Positions 29,559 through 41,271 of a stretch of DNA of 64,000 nt are shown here, piece after piece. Under the pieces are notes generated by a model. It did no database searches. It had not been told where the DNA came from and saw nothing but the letters and a program-made list of their open reading frames with translations. The stretch comes from Bacteroidaceae bacterium (GTDB taxonomy: Bacteria > Bacteroidota > Bacteroidia > Bacteroidales > Barnesiellaceae_A), in the NCBI GenBank assembly GCA_017522135.1, contig JAFXAB010000013.1:15375-79374 (forward strand). Direction: 5' to 3'. The number at the start of each line of letters is the position of its first letter. The first letter of the stretch is position 1. The position numbers and the translations under genes were made by a program.

Positions 29559-31220
29559 TCAGAAGTTATAAGAGTAAGCAATTTGTACACCACGGGTAGC
29601 GGGAATGTAACGGCATACACCACCGGCGCAGTTGTAACCGGCGCGTGTGCGCACATAACCGGCTTGCAAACGGTGTGAACCGATAGTACCTGTTACGAGT
29701 GCTTGATAATAGTGTATGTTGGTTTCACCAACGTTCCACATATCGGCTACGGTAAACATCAAGTGAGGCAATACCGAAACCTCTACAAGACCATACAACC
29801 AGTCGCCTTGGTCTTGCTTGGTATTAAGGTATTGCAACTCCATACGAGCTGTCACCTTCTTGCTTATTTGGTATTTACCGTCAAGCACAATGATGTGTGA
29901 GTCGATCATACCACCCTCACCTTCGATAACCGATTTGTTGTACTTTTGGAACATATACATGGCTGTCAACTTGAAGTCTTTTGTAAACTTCTTGCTAAGT
30001 TCGATACCGGCCTCGGCATAGAACAAATCGCCCATACCGAAGAAATCGGATGTGTAACCATTCGAGCCCATTACACCATATTTACCCATGGGAGCATTCA
30101 ACGAACCACCATCGACAAAGTTGCGCTCGATATCATAGATAAGCGAACCACGCAACACGAGGTCGGTACCATACTTACCACCGAGGGGTGTCTTGCGGGG
30201 GAACTTATAACGGAACTCGCCTTGGAACGCCCACTCGCCCATCAATTGTGTTGCATAGGGGTAGAGGGCTGCCAACGCATAGGTGTGTTGGTATGAGAAT
30301 GCGGGCAAGTAGTTGATGTAACATGATGACGAAACGGGGTCGGCACTACGCTCGGTGCGGAATGCAAAGTTGTCGCTGCGCTTGGCTTGAACAAAGAAAC
30401 TCAAACCTCTTTGCGAATAAGAGGCCGACAACATGGCCACCTGACCGGGCTTGTAGATATAGCCGTTGCTGGCTGTGGGGTCATTGGCTTTGTAGGCATA
30501 CTCGGCCAAAAGGTCGAAACCTCCTGCACCAAATTTAAGGCGAGCATCAAACGCACCTACATTGGCGGGAAGATTGAGACGATATTGAGGTGTTGCATAG
30601 ATTACCTCATCGCCCTCATGACGCGACACATAAGATGCACCCAACATCAATCGGATATTATTCTCAGCGAGAGGCTTAAACCACTCATCAAAGCCCATCT
30701 CAACATCGGCTCCCCAAATAGCGGCATCGGTCCACTCCCAATAGTGGCGTTGAATACCACCGAGAGCTTTCAAGCGCACACCGGGTATGATAGATGTCTT
30801 AATACGACCACCCAAGATGGCATTATCGACACCCAACGAACGCTCCTCATAACCATAGAGGACAAAACCACTACCGAATTGCTCATAGAAAGTACCGGCA
30901 GTAATTTCGGTGTTTGCCACATTACCGGTCACAAAGAAATGAGGAATACCCCAACCCTTGAAATCGTTCTCAAAACCGGGGAGGGGGAACTCCAAGAACT
31001 CACCACGCAATCCGGCCGAGATGTACTGGCTGTGAACATTCAATGTAAGATAGGTATTGGTATTGAAATCACCGGTATACTCTGTACCGATAGCCTCATC
31101 TTGTTGAGGCACGAGCATATCGCTCTGTATACTACCGGTAACAGTAGCCGTGCCCAAGTCAACGGCATACATGCCGAGACTTGCGCACGCCATTAATGCG
31201 AGTGCTATGTGTTTTTTCAT
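29559..31220 (-). CDS. Outer-membrane beta-barrel protein (DUF6029-like)
   Basis: 553 aa with a signal peptide, an alternating beta-strand pattern throughout, a C-terminal YNCAGGVCRYIPATRGVQIAYSYNF and a terminal Phe typical of OMPs. The family name is from memory and unverified. Confidence 0.6.
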   Translation of the reverse strand: MKKHIALALMACASLGMYAVDLGTATVTGSIQSDMLVPQQDEAIGTEYTGDFNTNTYLTLNVHSQYISAGLRGEFLEFPLPGFENDFKGWGIPHFFVTGNVANTEITAGTFYEQFGSGFVLYGYEERSLGVDNAILGGRIKTSIIPGVRLKALGGIQRHYWEWTDAAIWGADVEMGFDEWFKPLAENNIRLMLGASYVSRHEGDEVIYATPQYRLNLPANVGAFDARLKFGAGGFDLLAEYAYKANDPTASNGYIYKPGQVAMLSASYSQRGLSFFVQAKRSDNFAFRTERSADPVSSSCYINYLPAFSYQHTYALAALYPYATQLMGEWAFQGEFRYKFPRKTPLGGKYGTDLVLRGSLIYDIERNFVDGGSLNAPMGKYGVMGSNGYTSDFFGMGDLFYAEAGIELSKKFTKDFKLTAMYMFQKYNKSVIEGEGGMIDSHIIVLDGKYQISKKVTARMELQYLNTKQDQGDWLYGLVEVSVLPHLMFTVADMWNVGETNIHYYQALVTGTIGSHRLQAGYVRTRAGYNCAGGVCRYIPATRGVQIAYSYNF

Positions 31221-31251
31221 AGACTATATATCTACTTCGTCGTTTTAAAGA

Positions 31252-31758
31252 TTATTTTTTAAGCAAAGCTCTTACAGCTTCAATGAGGTGTTCCTCCGAA
31301 CCATCGGTGTATTGAGTACGAGTCTCCACAATGTTGTTTTTACCATCAATGATAAATACAGTGGGAACCATGTTTACACCCATAGCACGCTTAAAGTCGC
31401 CATTGGGGTCAAGCAACACTTGATACTCATAACCTTTGCTGTTTACAAGGGGTTTCACCTTCGACTCATCTTGAGCCTTGTCGATAGACACTGCGATAAG
31501 TTTTACGCCGGTCTCCTCTTGCCAGTCGGCATATACCTCGTTTACGGCATCAAGCTCACGCAAACAGGGCTTGCACCAAGTAGCAAAGAAACTGATGATA
31601 TAAGGCTTACCATCATTGTTCAACTTGGCAGTATCGACGCGCTTGCCATCGATATCTTTCAATTGTACTGAAGGAAGCTCAGCAAAAGCTGATACACTCA
31701 AAAACAATGCCACTACGGCTAACAAAAACTTTTTCATAATAGTGTGTTTATTTTTCAT
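31252..31758 (-). CDS. TlpA/ResA-like periplasmic thiol:disulfide oxidoreductase
   Basis: 168 aa with a signal peptide and FFATWCKPCLRE (thioredoxin-fold WCxxC). An alternative start is MKKFLL at 31737. Confidence 0.85.
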   Translation of the reverse strand: MKNKHTIMKKFLLAVVALFLSVSAFAELPSVQLKDIDGKRVDTAKLNNDGKPYIISFFATWCKPCLRELDAVNEVYADWQEETGVKLIAVSIDKAQDESKVKPLVNSKGYEYQVLLDPNGDFKRAMGVNMVPTVFIIDGKNNIVETRTQYTDGSEEHLIEAVRALLKK

Positions 31759-31978
31759 TAATATTCTTACACAATTGTTTTCTTTAAGACTTTAAAAAAC
31801 CAGATAGGTTTAATATCCTCCACTTTTTTTTCAATCCATAAGCCCAAGAGGCTCTCCATCCATACGCAAAAACTATTAAGAGCCACTTTTACAGTGCAAA
31901 GATAATGTTTTTTGCAACAACTCTGCAAATATATAACAATTTTATTATTTGTTAAGCTAAAAAACATACCACACAAGT

Positions 31979-33193
31979 CTATCGACGTGCCTGTACATCT
32001 CTGTAAGTCTTGGCCAGTCCACCCTCAGAAGTCTCCTTATAGAGGTTGGGCAAATCGTGTCCCGTATCGCGCATGGCTCTCACAACATTATCAAAAGGCA
32101 CACGATGACGACCATCGGAGAACATCGCAAAAGCACCGGCATCATAGGCACGAGTAGCAGCAAAGGCATTACGCTCTATACAAGGTATCTGCACCAGTCC
32201 GCACACCGGGTCGCAGGTCAACCCCAAATGATGTTCCAACCCCATCTCGGCGGCATATTCGATTTGCGAAATAGAGCCACCCGACAACTGACACGATGCG
32301 GCGGCAGCCATGGCACATGCAACACCTATCTCGCCCTGGCAACCAACTTGCGCACCCGATATAGAGGCATTGTGCTTAACTACATTACCAAACAGTCCGG
32401 CCGTAGCCAAGGCTCGCAGGATACGCGAGTCGGGCAAGTGGAACTGCTCTTTCATATAATATAATACAGCAGGCAGCACACCACAAGAACCACAGGTAGG
32501 CGCGGTAACAATTGTACCACCGGCAGCGTTCTCCTCTATCACAGCAAGTGCAAACGAATACATCAACCCTCGATTGTAAAGTTGCTTTACAGAGTTGTGA
32601 GCATGTATATAGTAATCGCCCGCCTTGCGACGAACACCCAATCCTCCGGGCAATACACCTTCGGCATCGAGACCGCGCTTGATAGCATCTTGCATGACCT
32701 GCCACACATCGGCAAGATAACTCCATATATCGCTTCCCTCACAGTGCTCGACATACTCCCAGAAGCTATAACCTTCGCTCTGACACCACTCCAAGATATC
32801 GCGTATAGTAGTTTTGTCATAGAGAGCAACACCCTCATTGACATCATCACTGAGCGCACCACCACCTACACTGAAGGTTGTCCACGAGCGCATCACCGCG
32901 CCATCCTCATCCAATGCCTCAAACATCATACCATTGGGATGCCTTGACAACACCTCTTGCGGTCGCCACTCTATCGTGACAGGAGCCGACTTGGCAAGAA
33001 CATCCGTTATAGCCGCATCGGTCAAGTGACCTCGACCGGTTGCCGCCAAACTACCATACAGCGTAACCCTATAGGCCAAGGCCTCGGGCGTAAGTTTCAA
33101 AAACTCTTGTGCCGCACGTCGTGGAGCCATTGTATGGCTGCTCGACGGCCCGCATCCAATGCGATAAATATACTTTATAGAATCCATACTCAA
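31979..33193 (-). CDS. sdaA: L-serine ammonia-lyase (iron-sulfur dependent, single-chain)
   Basis: 404 aa with an N-terminal [13 protein letters not shown] and CxxC-containing alpha-domain motifs ([19 protein letters not shown]). Confidence 0.9.
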   Translation of the reverse strand: MSMDSIKYIYRIGCGPSSSHTMAPRRAAQEFLKLTPEALAYRVTLYGSLAATGRGHLTDAAITDVLAKSAPVTIEWRPQEVLSRHPNGMMFEALDEDGAVMRSWTTFSVGGGALSDDVNEGVALYDKTTIRDILEWCQSEGYSFWEYVEHCEGSDIWSYLADVWQVMQDAIKRGLDAEGVLPGGLGVRRKAGDYYIHAHNSVKQLYNRGLMYSFALAVIEENAAGGTIVTAPTCGSCGVLPAVLYYMKEQFHLPDSRILRALATAGLFGNVVKHNASISGAQVGCQGEIGVACAMAAAASCQLSGGSISQIEYAAEMGLEHHLGLTCDPVCGLVQIPCIERNAFAATRAYDAGAFAMFSDGRHRVPFDNVVRAMRDTGHDLPNLYKETSEGGLAKTYRDVQARR

Positions 33194-33578
33194 TTTGTTT
33201 GTGCAAAAATAGTGAAAGTGAGCAAAGAAACAGCAAGTTTACCCCAAGTTTTTATTCCGAACCACATTACTATTTTATCTCCAAAAGCAAAAGGCGAGAG
33301 AAGAAAGCAATGCTTGCATTAGCATTCTGCCGAGCCACAGTCCATTTTATCTAAAAAAGAGAAAAGTAACAATAATAACAGTGTTTCAATATATAGTTAA
33401 ACACAAATACACAACACACACATTGCAGATGTAGCACAAGGCGACAGATACAGCACCACTGCGTAGTACACAATTTCACCCTCGCGCGCATCATATCATA
33501 CCACGCCATATCATATAGTGGCAATTAAAAAATATGCAAAAAGTCCTATAAAAGGTTGTTTTATTAGAATACAATGCT

Positions 33579-33586
33579 TATTTTTG
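33579..33586 (+). promoter_or_regulatory. -7 promoter box (TATTTTTG) upstream of wza-wzc
   Basis: TATTTTTG lies on the plus strand, 33 nt before the ATG at 33619. Confidence 0.5.
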
Positions 33587-33618
33587 TGCCGTCAAAGCTA
33601 TTTTAAAACACAAGCATT

Positions 33619-34431
33619 ATGAAAAAATCTATATTTTTCGCAGGCGTTGTAGCGTTATTGTTTACCACTTCTTGCCAACTATCCAAGAAAGTACCCTACA
33701 TGCAACAAATAGACGAAGTACCTGCCGAAGTATTTACCGAAGCTCCTATTGTACCCGAACAGATTATCCGTCCCGGAGACCTTCTTGATATAACCGTTAT
33801 GGCAACCGACCGTACTGCAGTACAACCCTTCAACCGCCGTGTGGTAGACGTGATGACAGTGCGTTCTTCATCGTCACACGGACAAGAAGAATTGAACTAT
33901 TATCTTGTAGACAACAGCGGTTGTATCGATATGCCTGTATTGGGACGCATCAAGGTGCAGGGTATGACCAAGAGTGAACTTGAGGACCACATACGCTACC
34001 AGATATATCCCAAATATATCCACGAAGTACCCTCGGTAACTGTACGATTTGAGAATTTCCGTATATCGGTTATCGGTGATGTGGTAAAACCCGGCTCATA
34101 CACCATCCCCAACGAGCGCGTCAATCTTCTTGAAGCATTGGCCTTGGCAGGCGACCTCAATATCACCGGACGTCGCGACAACGTGCTACTTGTGCGCATC
34201 AACGCCGACGGCTCACGCACAACAGCTCGTCTCGACCTCAATGACAAAGAGCTCATTATGTCGCCCTACTTCTATCTGCAACAAAACGACGTTATATACG
34301 TTGAGCCCAACCACTCTAAGGCAGCCAACGCATACTCTGTACCTCCTACAGCGTCTATAGCCATCAGTGCTACCAGCGTTGCTATATCGGCCGCAACACT
34401 TATCATGACAATTTTGAACTATTCAAGATAA
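33619..34431 (+). CDS. wza: Polysaccharide export outer-membrane protein (Wza-like)
   Basis: 270 aa with a lipoprotein-like signal (FTTSCQ), Poly_export/SLBB-like strings (IRPGDLLDITV, GDVVKPGSY) and a C-terminal TM helix. Confidence 0.8.
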   Translation: MKKSIFFAGVVALLFTTSCQLSKKVPYMQQIDEVPAEVFTEAPIVPEQIIRPGDLLDITVMATDRTAVQPFNRRVVDVMTVRSSSSHGQEELNYYLVDNSGCIDMPVLGRIKVQGMTKSELEDHIRYQIYPKYIHEVPSVTVRFENFRISVIGDVVKPGSYTIPNERVNLLEALALAGDLNITGRRDNVLLVRINADGSRTTARLDLNDKELIMSPYFYLQQNDVIYVEPNHSKAANAYSVPPTASIAISATSVAISAATLIMTILNYSR

Positions 34432-34437
34432 CGAATA

Positions 34438-36879
34438 ATGGAAAACAATTATCAAAACAACCCAATCGAACAAAGCGAAGAGCAAGGATTCGACATCACA
34501 TTATTTCTCCTTGAGTGTCTTTCCAAGTGGAAATGGTTTGTATTAAGTCTTTTCATTGTAATAGGATTAGCCGGATTTTACATCCTCTGCCAAGTACCTT
34601 CATACAAAGTTGACTCGCTAATTCTCATTATTGACAAGTGGTCGAAGACCGAGGGTGACGTGTTGACTCAAAGCTTGGGTATTACGTCGGGAGCCGACAA
34701 CATCATTACCGAAATACAGGTAATGCGCTCACGCACAATCACAAAGAAGATTGTCAACGACCTTGAGTTGCATACAAAATATGAATACAAAGGCAACCTG
34801 CGCAACACTCCGTTGTACAACAATACACCTATAGTCGTGAAACCCGACTCTACGACAGACCTCGGCTTGTTGCAGACCGGCATAAACCTGTCAATAACAC
34901 GTCCCGGCGATAAAAACACATACGACATCAAGGGAAAATACACCATGAGAACAAGTGCGTATGTGGAGGGTGAAGAGAAAGAAATAGACCTCACCGATGT
35001 GCAACTCCCCTACACACTCTATCTGCCTACAGTTGGAACATTTGTTATAGAACAGGTGGCAGGATATGAACCTTTAAACAAGACGCTGTTGGTGAATGTA
35101 ACCAATCCCAACGAAGTAGCCATCAAGCTCTCAAAGGAGATAGCATTGGCTCAATTTGAGAAAACTGCACCGCTCATCTCGGCATCATATACCACTCCCA
35201 TACCTAAAATGGGTGTCGACATCATCAACCGCATGGTACACTACTATAACGAAGAGGGTGTTGCCGAGAAGAATCTTGCATCGACCAATACCGAGGCTTT
35301 TATTACCAACCGTCTTGTCTCTATACAGAAAGAACTGTCGGATGTAGAAGAAGATGTTGAGCAATATCGCACACAACGTGGTCTTACCGACCTCTCTTCC
35401 GAGGCCGAAATATACCTCAAGCAAACCAGCGAGTCGGACAAGGAACAAAGTCGTCTTGACGTACAATTGAACCTTATCGAATATGTAGAAAACTTCTTGG
35501 CCAACCCCGAGAACACATACTCTCCCATTCCTATCCTGGGTATCGATGAGGGTGGTATGAGCAACCTCATCACCGAGTATAACAAGGCTATTGCCGAGCG
35601 CGAAAGACTCTTGAACTCATCGAGCGAAAGCAACCCCGTCATCAAAGAGATATCGCAAAACATCATGGCTCTTAAGAGCACAGTATTGCAAGGTATTGCC
35701 GCTACTCGCAAGAGCATTGAGTTGAGCAAGAAAGATATAGCTCGCCAAGATGCCGAGAACGAGCGCAAGATACGCAACGTACCGCAATATGAGCGTGAAC
35801 TTACCGACATCATGCGTCAACAACGCATCAAAGAGAACTTGTATGTGTTCCTCTTGGAAAAACGCGAAGAGAACGCCTTGACACAAACCCTTGCAGTGGG
35901 TGATGCCCGTATCATCGACGAACCTACTACACTGCCCTATCCCGTAGCTCCCAAGAAGGCTCAAATTGCTCTCATTGCATTGGTATTGGGTATGATTATT
36001 CCTGCCGGTGTCATATATATCAAGAGCTTGATATTCCCCTCGTTCCACGACAAGGTCGAATTGGAGAAACTTACACAAATACCGGTATTGTCGGAGATAC
36101 CAAGTTGCAACAAAGACGAGTTCTTCGTTGTAAAGGAGAAGAGCAACAATACAGCCTCGGAGCTATTCCGTCTGCTGCGTAACAACTTGCAATTCACCCT
36201 CACATCGCCCGACAAGAAAGTTATCATGGTGACATCGTCGGTATCGGGCGAAGGTAAGACCTTTATATCTTCAAACCTTGCAATGGCATTTGCTCATGCA
36301 GGCAAGAAAGTATTGTTGGTAGGTCTTGACATACGTCGTCCCATGGCTGCATTGCACTTCGGATTTGACAACAAGAAGGGTATAACCAACTATCTGTCGG
36401 GACAAGAGACCGATATGGAAAGCATTATAATGCACACCAGCACCAAAGGTCTTGACATCATACCCGGTGGTCCTGTACCTCCCAACCCAAATGAGTTGCT
36501 TCTCACCGAAAAACTCGATACTTTGATGATCGAAATGCGCAAACGCTACGACATCATTATTATCGACTCGGCTCCTGTGGGTATGGTATCAGACTCTTTC
36601 TTGATAGACCGCATTATCGACACAACATTGTTCGTTACACGCTCTAAGTACACTTCAAGAAGCCATGTAAAGAACATCAATGCCTACTCGGCCAACGGTC
36701 GCTTGAGATCGCTATACCTCTGTATCAATGCTGTTGATATGACCACTCGTACCTATTCATACCGTCGCTACGGTTATGGCTACGGTTATGGTTACGGCAG
36801 CTACGGATATGGTGACGACAACAACAAGAGCAAGAAGAAATCAAAGAAAAGCAAATTTCCCTTCATGAAGGAGAAATAA
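34438..36879 (+). CDS. wzc: Polysaccharide co-polymerase / tyrosine autokinase (Wzc-like)
   Basis: 813 aa with a Wzz-like N-terminal half and two TM segments, a Walker A in the kinase domain (SSVSGEGKTF), and a Tyr-rich tail YSYRRYGYGYGYGYGSYGYG followed by a Lys-rich end. Confidence 0.85.
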   Translation: MENNYQNNPIEQSEEQGFDITLFLLECLSKWKWFVLSLFIVIGLAGFYILCQVPSYKVDSLILIIDKWSKTEGDVLTQSLGITSGADNIITEIQVMRSRTITKKIVNDLELHTKYEYKGNLRNTPLYNNTPIVVKPDSTTDLGLLQTGINLSITRPGDKNTYDIKGKYTMRTSAYVEGEEKEIDLTDVQLPYTLYLPTVGTFVIEQVAGYEPLNKTLLVNVTNPNEVAIKLSKEIALAQFEKTAPLISASYTTPIPKMGVDIINRMVHYYNEEGVAEKNLASTNTEAFITNRLVSIQKELSDVEEDVEQYRTQRGLTDLSSEAEIYLKQTSESDKEQSRLDVQLNLIEYVENFLANPENTYSPIPILGIDEGGMSNLITEYNKAIAERERLLNSSSESNPVIKEISQNIMALKSTVLQGIAATRKSIELSKKDIARQDAENERKIRNVPQYERELTDIMRQQRIKENLYVFLLEKREENALTQTLAVGDARIIDEPTTLPYPVAPKKAQIALIALVLGMIIPAGVIYIKSLIFPSFHDKVELEKLTQIPVLSEIPSCNKDEFFVVKEKSNNTASELFRLLRNNLQFTLTSPDKKVIMVTSSVSGEGKTFISSNLAMAFAHAGKKVLLVGLDIRRPMAALHFGFDNKKGITNYLSGQETDMESIIMHTSTKGLDIIPGGPVPPNPNELLLTEKLDTLMIEMRKRYDIIIIDSAPVGMVSDSFLIDRIIDTTLFVTRSKYTSRSHVKNINAYSANGRLRSLYLCINAVDMTTRTYSYRRYGYGYGYGYGSYGYGDDNNKSKKKSKKSKFPFMKEK

Positions 36880-36895
36880 TAATTGCATCACAATA

Positions 36896-36938
36896 TCCCC
36901 CTCGGCGCATACAAATATGCGTCGAGGGGATTATTTTT
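36896..36938 (+). terminator. Rho-independent terminator after wzc
   Basis: tccccctcggcgcata (36896-36911) pairs with tatgcgtcgagggga (36916-36930), with one bulge and one G:U pair. It is followed by ttattttt. Confidence 0.7.
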
Positions 36939-36968
36939 ATCGGCAAATAACAATTCGACAGATATTAA

Positions 36969-38594
<1,626 letters not shown>

Positions 38595-38616
38595 TCCTTA
38601 ATAATTATAACGCATT

Positions 38617-38910
38617 ATGGTAAAGCATATAGTACTATTCAAGCTCAATGCAGAGGAACCCGAGCGTACACAAGTTATCAACGACTTTTGCAATGCAGTA
38701 ATGGCATTGCCCGAGCACATAGATGTAATACGCCACATTGAGGTTTCGCGCAACATCAATCCCGCCGAGCAATACGACATAGCCCTTAACTCGATATTCG
38801 ACACCCTCGAAGATGTTGCAACCTACGCCACACACCCCGTACACGTTGCAGCAGCCGCATTGCTCAAAGGCAAGGTTGCATCACGCGCCTGCGTCGATTA
38901 CGAGATATAA
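38617..38910 (+). CDS. Dabb (stress-responsive alpha/beta barrel) family protein
   Basis: 97 aa with the typical MVKHIVLFKL start and a HP.H motif near the C-terminus. Confidence 0.7.
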   Translation: MVKHIVLFKLNAEEPERTQVINDFCNAVMALPEHIDVIRHIEVSRNINPAEQYDIALNSIFDTLEDVATYATHPVHVAAAALLKGKVASRACVDYEI

Positions 38911-38936
38911 TACAACATCTATTTCATCCTATCACA

Positions 38937-38972
38937 ACACCTTCATCGGCCCCGATAGAAGGTGTTTTTTTT
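38937..38972 (+). terminator. Rho-independent terminator after the ABC-F/Dabb genes
   Basis: acaccttc..atcg ccc cgat..gaaggtgt forms a hairpin (38937-38965), followed by a T8 run. Confidence 0.7.
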
Positions 38973-39098
38973 GCATAATCATACTATTTTTGTCACTCAT
39001 TGCAACCAACCGTCGTAATGCTCACGTCTAATGCATAGAAACCAACAAGCATCGATGCCGTTTTAAGAAAAATATAAACCTATTAAAACCCCAATAAA

Positions 39099-39752
39099 AT
39101 GAAACGTACAATCATAATGATGTGTAGTGCAATAATAGCACTCCTTTTTGCAACAAACATTTTTGCAGCCATCCATCCCTCAGCACCCGACCGCAGTGAG
39201 CAGTTTATCTTGGACAGCATGCGCATGGATGTAGAAAAAGCCGCTATAGAGGTTCAATATGATATGTATAACGACTCTCTTCAACACCAATTAGACGCAA
39301 AAAGCATTAGCAGCGACACTGTAGAGGATATTGCAGAGTTATCAATACCCTTCACATTTTTTGCATTCATCATACTTATAGTTTGGATAACAACATGGAT
39401 ATCATATCGCAAGCAACGCGACCGCTACCATATCATCGAAAAGGCCATCGACAACGGACAAGCCATACCCGAAGGATTGTTTGACGAGCCTAAAAAAGCC
39501 CAAAAACGATGGACCAATACCCTGCGTCAAGCTATTATATTCATAGCCATAGGTATAGGACTCGCAATATTTGGCGATACAATCGATGAAAATGCGATTA
39601 CAGCCATAGCCGTTATACCCGGCATCATTGGTGCGGGATACCTGCTGATAGCCTTTATCGAACGCCACGAAGAGCGCAAAGAGGATGCTAAAGAGCACAA
39701 CGAAGATTCAACAGCTCTGGCGGCATCACAAAATACCGAAACAGAGGCATAA
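39099..39752 (+). CDS. Membrane protein of unknown function, upstream of an ECF sigma factor
   Basis: 217 aa with a signal/anchor, three or more TM helices, a central KAIDNGQAIPEGLF loop and an acidic C-terminus. Confidence 0.55.
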   Translation: MKRTIIMMCSAIIALLFATNIFAAIHPSAPDRSEQFILDSMRMDVEKAAIEVQYDMYNDSLQHQLDAKSISSDTVEDIAELSIPFTFFAFIILIVWITTWISYRKQRDRYHIIEKAIDNGQAIPEGLFDEPKKAQKRWTNTLRQAIIFIAIGIGLAIFGDTIDENAITAIAVIPGIIGAGYLLIAFIERHEERKEDAKEHNEDSTALAASQNTETEA

Positions 39753-39784
39753 CATCGACATATCGCCACTCATAACAAAGCCTT

Positions 39785-40312
39785 ATGCGCCATACAAACG
39801 ATACATTGTTAATTTCTCGGGTCATGCTGTTCGACGATCGACGTGCTTTTGCCACGCTCGTCGAGCAGCATCAGCCCACCATTCGGCGCTTTTTCCTACA
39901 CCAAACCATGGGCGATGAGATGCTTAGTGACGACTTGGCACAAGAGACGTTTATCAAGCTCTACTACTCCATCAAGCAATTTAAGGGCTTGGCAAACCTC
40001 TCGACATACCTCTACCGCATAGCCTATAATGTTTTGCAAGACCATTTGCGTCGCAACAGGTTTACCCACACGACCGATATCATACCCGAATGTGTTATAT
40101 CAACCCACAACGACACACACATAGACATTACCCGCGCACTGCAACAACTCACACCCACCGAGCGTGCCGCCATTACACTCTATTACATTGACGATCGCAA
40201 GGTAGAAGATGTTGCCTCGATACTGCAATTGCCTGCAGGAACAGTCAAATCGCACCTATCACGCGCTCGCAACAAAATAGCCGATTTTCTTAAAAACAAT
40301 GGATATGAATAA
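39785..40312 (+). CDS. ECF-type RNA polymerase sigma-70 factor
   Basis: 175 aa with region 2 (DDLAQETFIKLY..YLYRIAYN) and region 4 (ERAAITLYYIDDRKVEDVASILQLPAGTVKSHLSRARNKI). Confidence 0.88.
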   Translation: MRHTNDTLLISRVMLFDDRRAFATLVEQHQPTIRRFFLHQTMGDEMLSDDLAQETFIKLYYSIKQFKGLANLSTYLYRIAYNVLQDHLRRNRFTHTTDIIPECVISTHNDTHIDITRALQQLTPTERAAITLYYIDDRKVEDVASILQLPAGTVKSHLSRARNKIADFLKNNGYE

Positions 40313-40640
40313 CAACGCCTTACACCACGACGAAGAAAAGTTGGTAAAAGAATTTCTCAAGGCTCACACCCACGAGCCTCGCCCCAATGTGTGGTTTACC
40401 AAGCGTACGATAAACAAGCTACCCGAGCACCGGTCAAGCACTTGCAAGATAATCATGTGCATCACCACGCTCCTATCGGTAGTAGCGTGTGGCGTATTGC
40501 TATACCTGTTACCCAACGATATTATAACGCTCGACGAGAACAATATCACGCGCTCTTTGTTATCTATATACACAGCAATGGCCGGTATGATTATACTCGT
40601 AGCCTTGCAAGTAATACGATTGATAAAGACATACTTCTGA
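40299..40640 (+). CDS. Putative anti-sigma factor or membrane protein
   Basis: 113 aa. It overlaps the sigma gene by 14 nt (translational coupling) and has two TM helices. The assignment rests only on context. Confidence 0.45.
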   Translation: MDMNNNALHHDEEKLVKEFLKAHTHEPRPNVWFTKRTINKLPEHRSSTCKIIMCITTLLSVVACGVLLYLLPNDIITLDENNITRSLLSIYTAMAGMIILVALQVIRLIKTYF

Positions 40641-40683
40641 TTTGATTCTCTCTCAAGCGTTTAAAATCTAACTAAGCGAAGAG

Positions 40684-40714
40684 TGCCGGCGATTGTGAAA
40701 CCGTCGGCATTTTT
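40684..40714 (+). terminator. Rho-independent terminator after the sigma/anti-sigma pair
   Basis: tgccggcg pairs with cgtcggca (8 bp including one G:U pair), followed by ttttt. Confidence 0.55.
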
Positions 40715-40717
40715 ATT

Positions 40718-41203
40718 TTACTTGACATATCCCAAGCTCACCAAGAGCCCTTCGCAGGCATCCTCCAGCAGATTGAGTACCAATTGGAAGCCCTCAGCTC
40801 CTTCGTAATATGGGTCGGGGACATGTGTTGCAGTGTAATGACGGCAATAGTCGGCCATACGCACTATCTTCTTTTCATCATCGAGCGAAGGTGCCATCGA
40901 CTGCAAGTCGTAGTAGTTGCTATCGTCCATGGCTACAATGAGGTCAAATTGAGCAAACATCGACTCCTTGAAACGTTGCGCTCGATGTTCGAGCAGATAG
41001 CCACGTGCAGCGGCGGCACTACGCATGCGACGGTCGGGCAATTCTCCGGCATGACCACCGTACGTACCTGCCGAGTCGAGATGAAAACAATGTTCGAGAT
41101 TGTACTTGCGCACGATGTGGCGCATAATGCCTTCGGCAGCCGGTGAGCGACATATATTGCCCAGACAGACAAAGAGTATTTTATAAGTTCCATTATCTTC
41201 CAT
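40718..41203 (-). CDS. Low-molecular-weight protein-tyrosine phosphatase
   Basis: 161 aa with the CX5R(S/T) P-loop VCLGNICRSP near the N-terminus and a DP loop (VPDPYY). Confidence 0.88.
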   Translation of the reverse strand: MEDNGTYKILFVCLGNICRSPAAEGIMRHIVRKYNLEHCFHLDSAGTYGGHAGELPDRRMRSAAAARGYLLEHRAQRFKESMFAQFDLIVAMDDSNYYDLQSMAPSLDDEKKIVRMADYCRHYTATHVPDPYYEGAEGFQLVLNLLEDACEGLLVSLGYVK

Positions 41204-41271
41204 AATGCGAAGTTATCACTTTTTACCGCACATTGCACCATATTACATAAAATATTTTCTACATTTGCTTT

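Noticed and set aside
31767-31976. 69-aa minus-strand ORF in the tlpA-sdaA intergenic region. Also a two-unit resemblance to the 9-bp repeat (tctttaagac tttaaaaaac at 31781-31800).
   Set aside because: The ORF lies in AT-rich promoter DNA that contains two minus-strand TAnnTTTG boxes (31897-31904 and 31925-31932), and it has no protein-like features. Two degenerate units are too little to call a third repeat array.
36760-36810. The GGTTATGGCTACGG-type DNA repeat near the end of wzc, considered as an independent repeat element.
   Set aside because: It encodes the Tyr-rich (YGYGYGYG) autophosphorylation tail expected of Wzc-type kinases, so it is not a separate feature.
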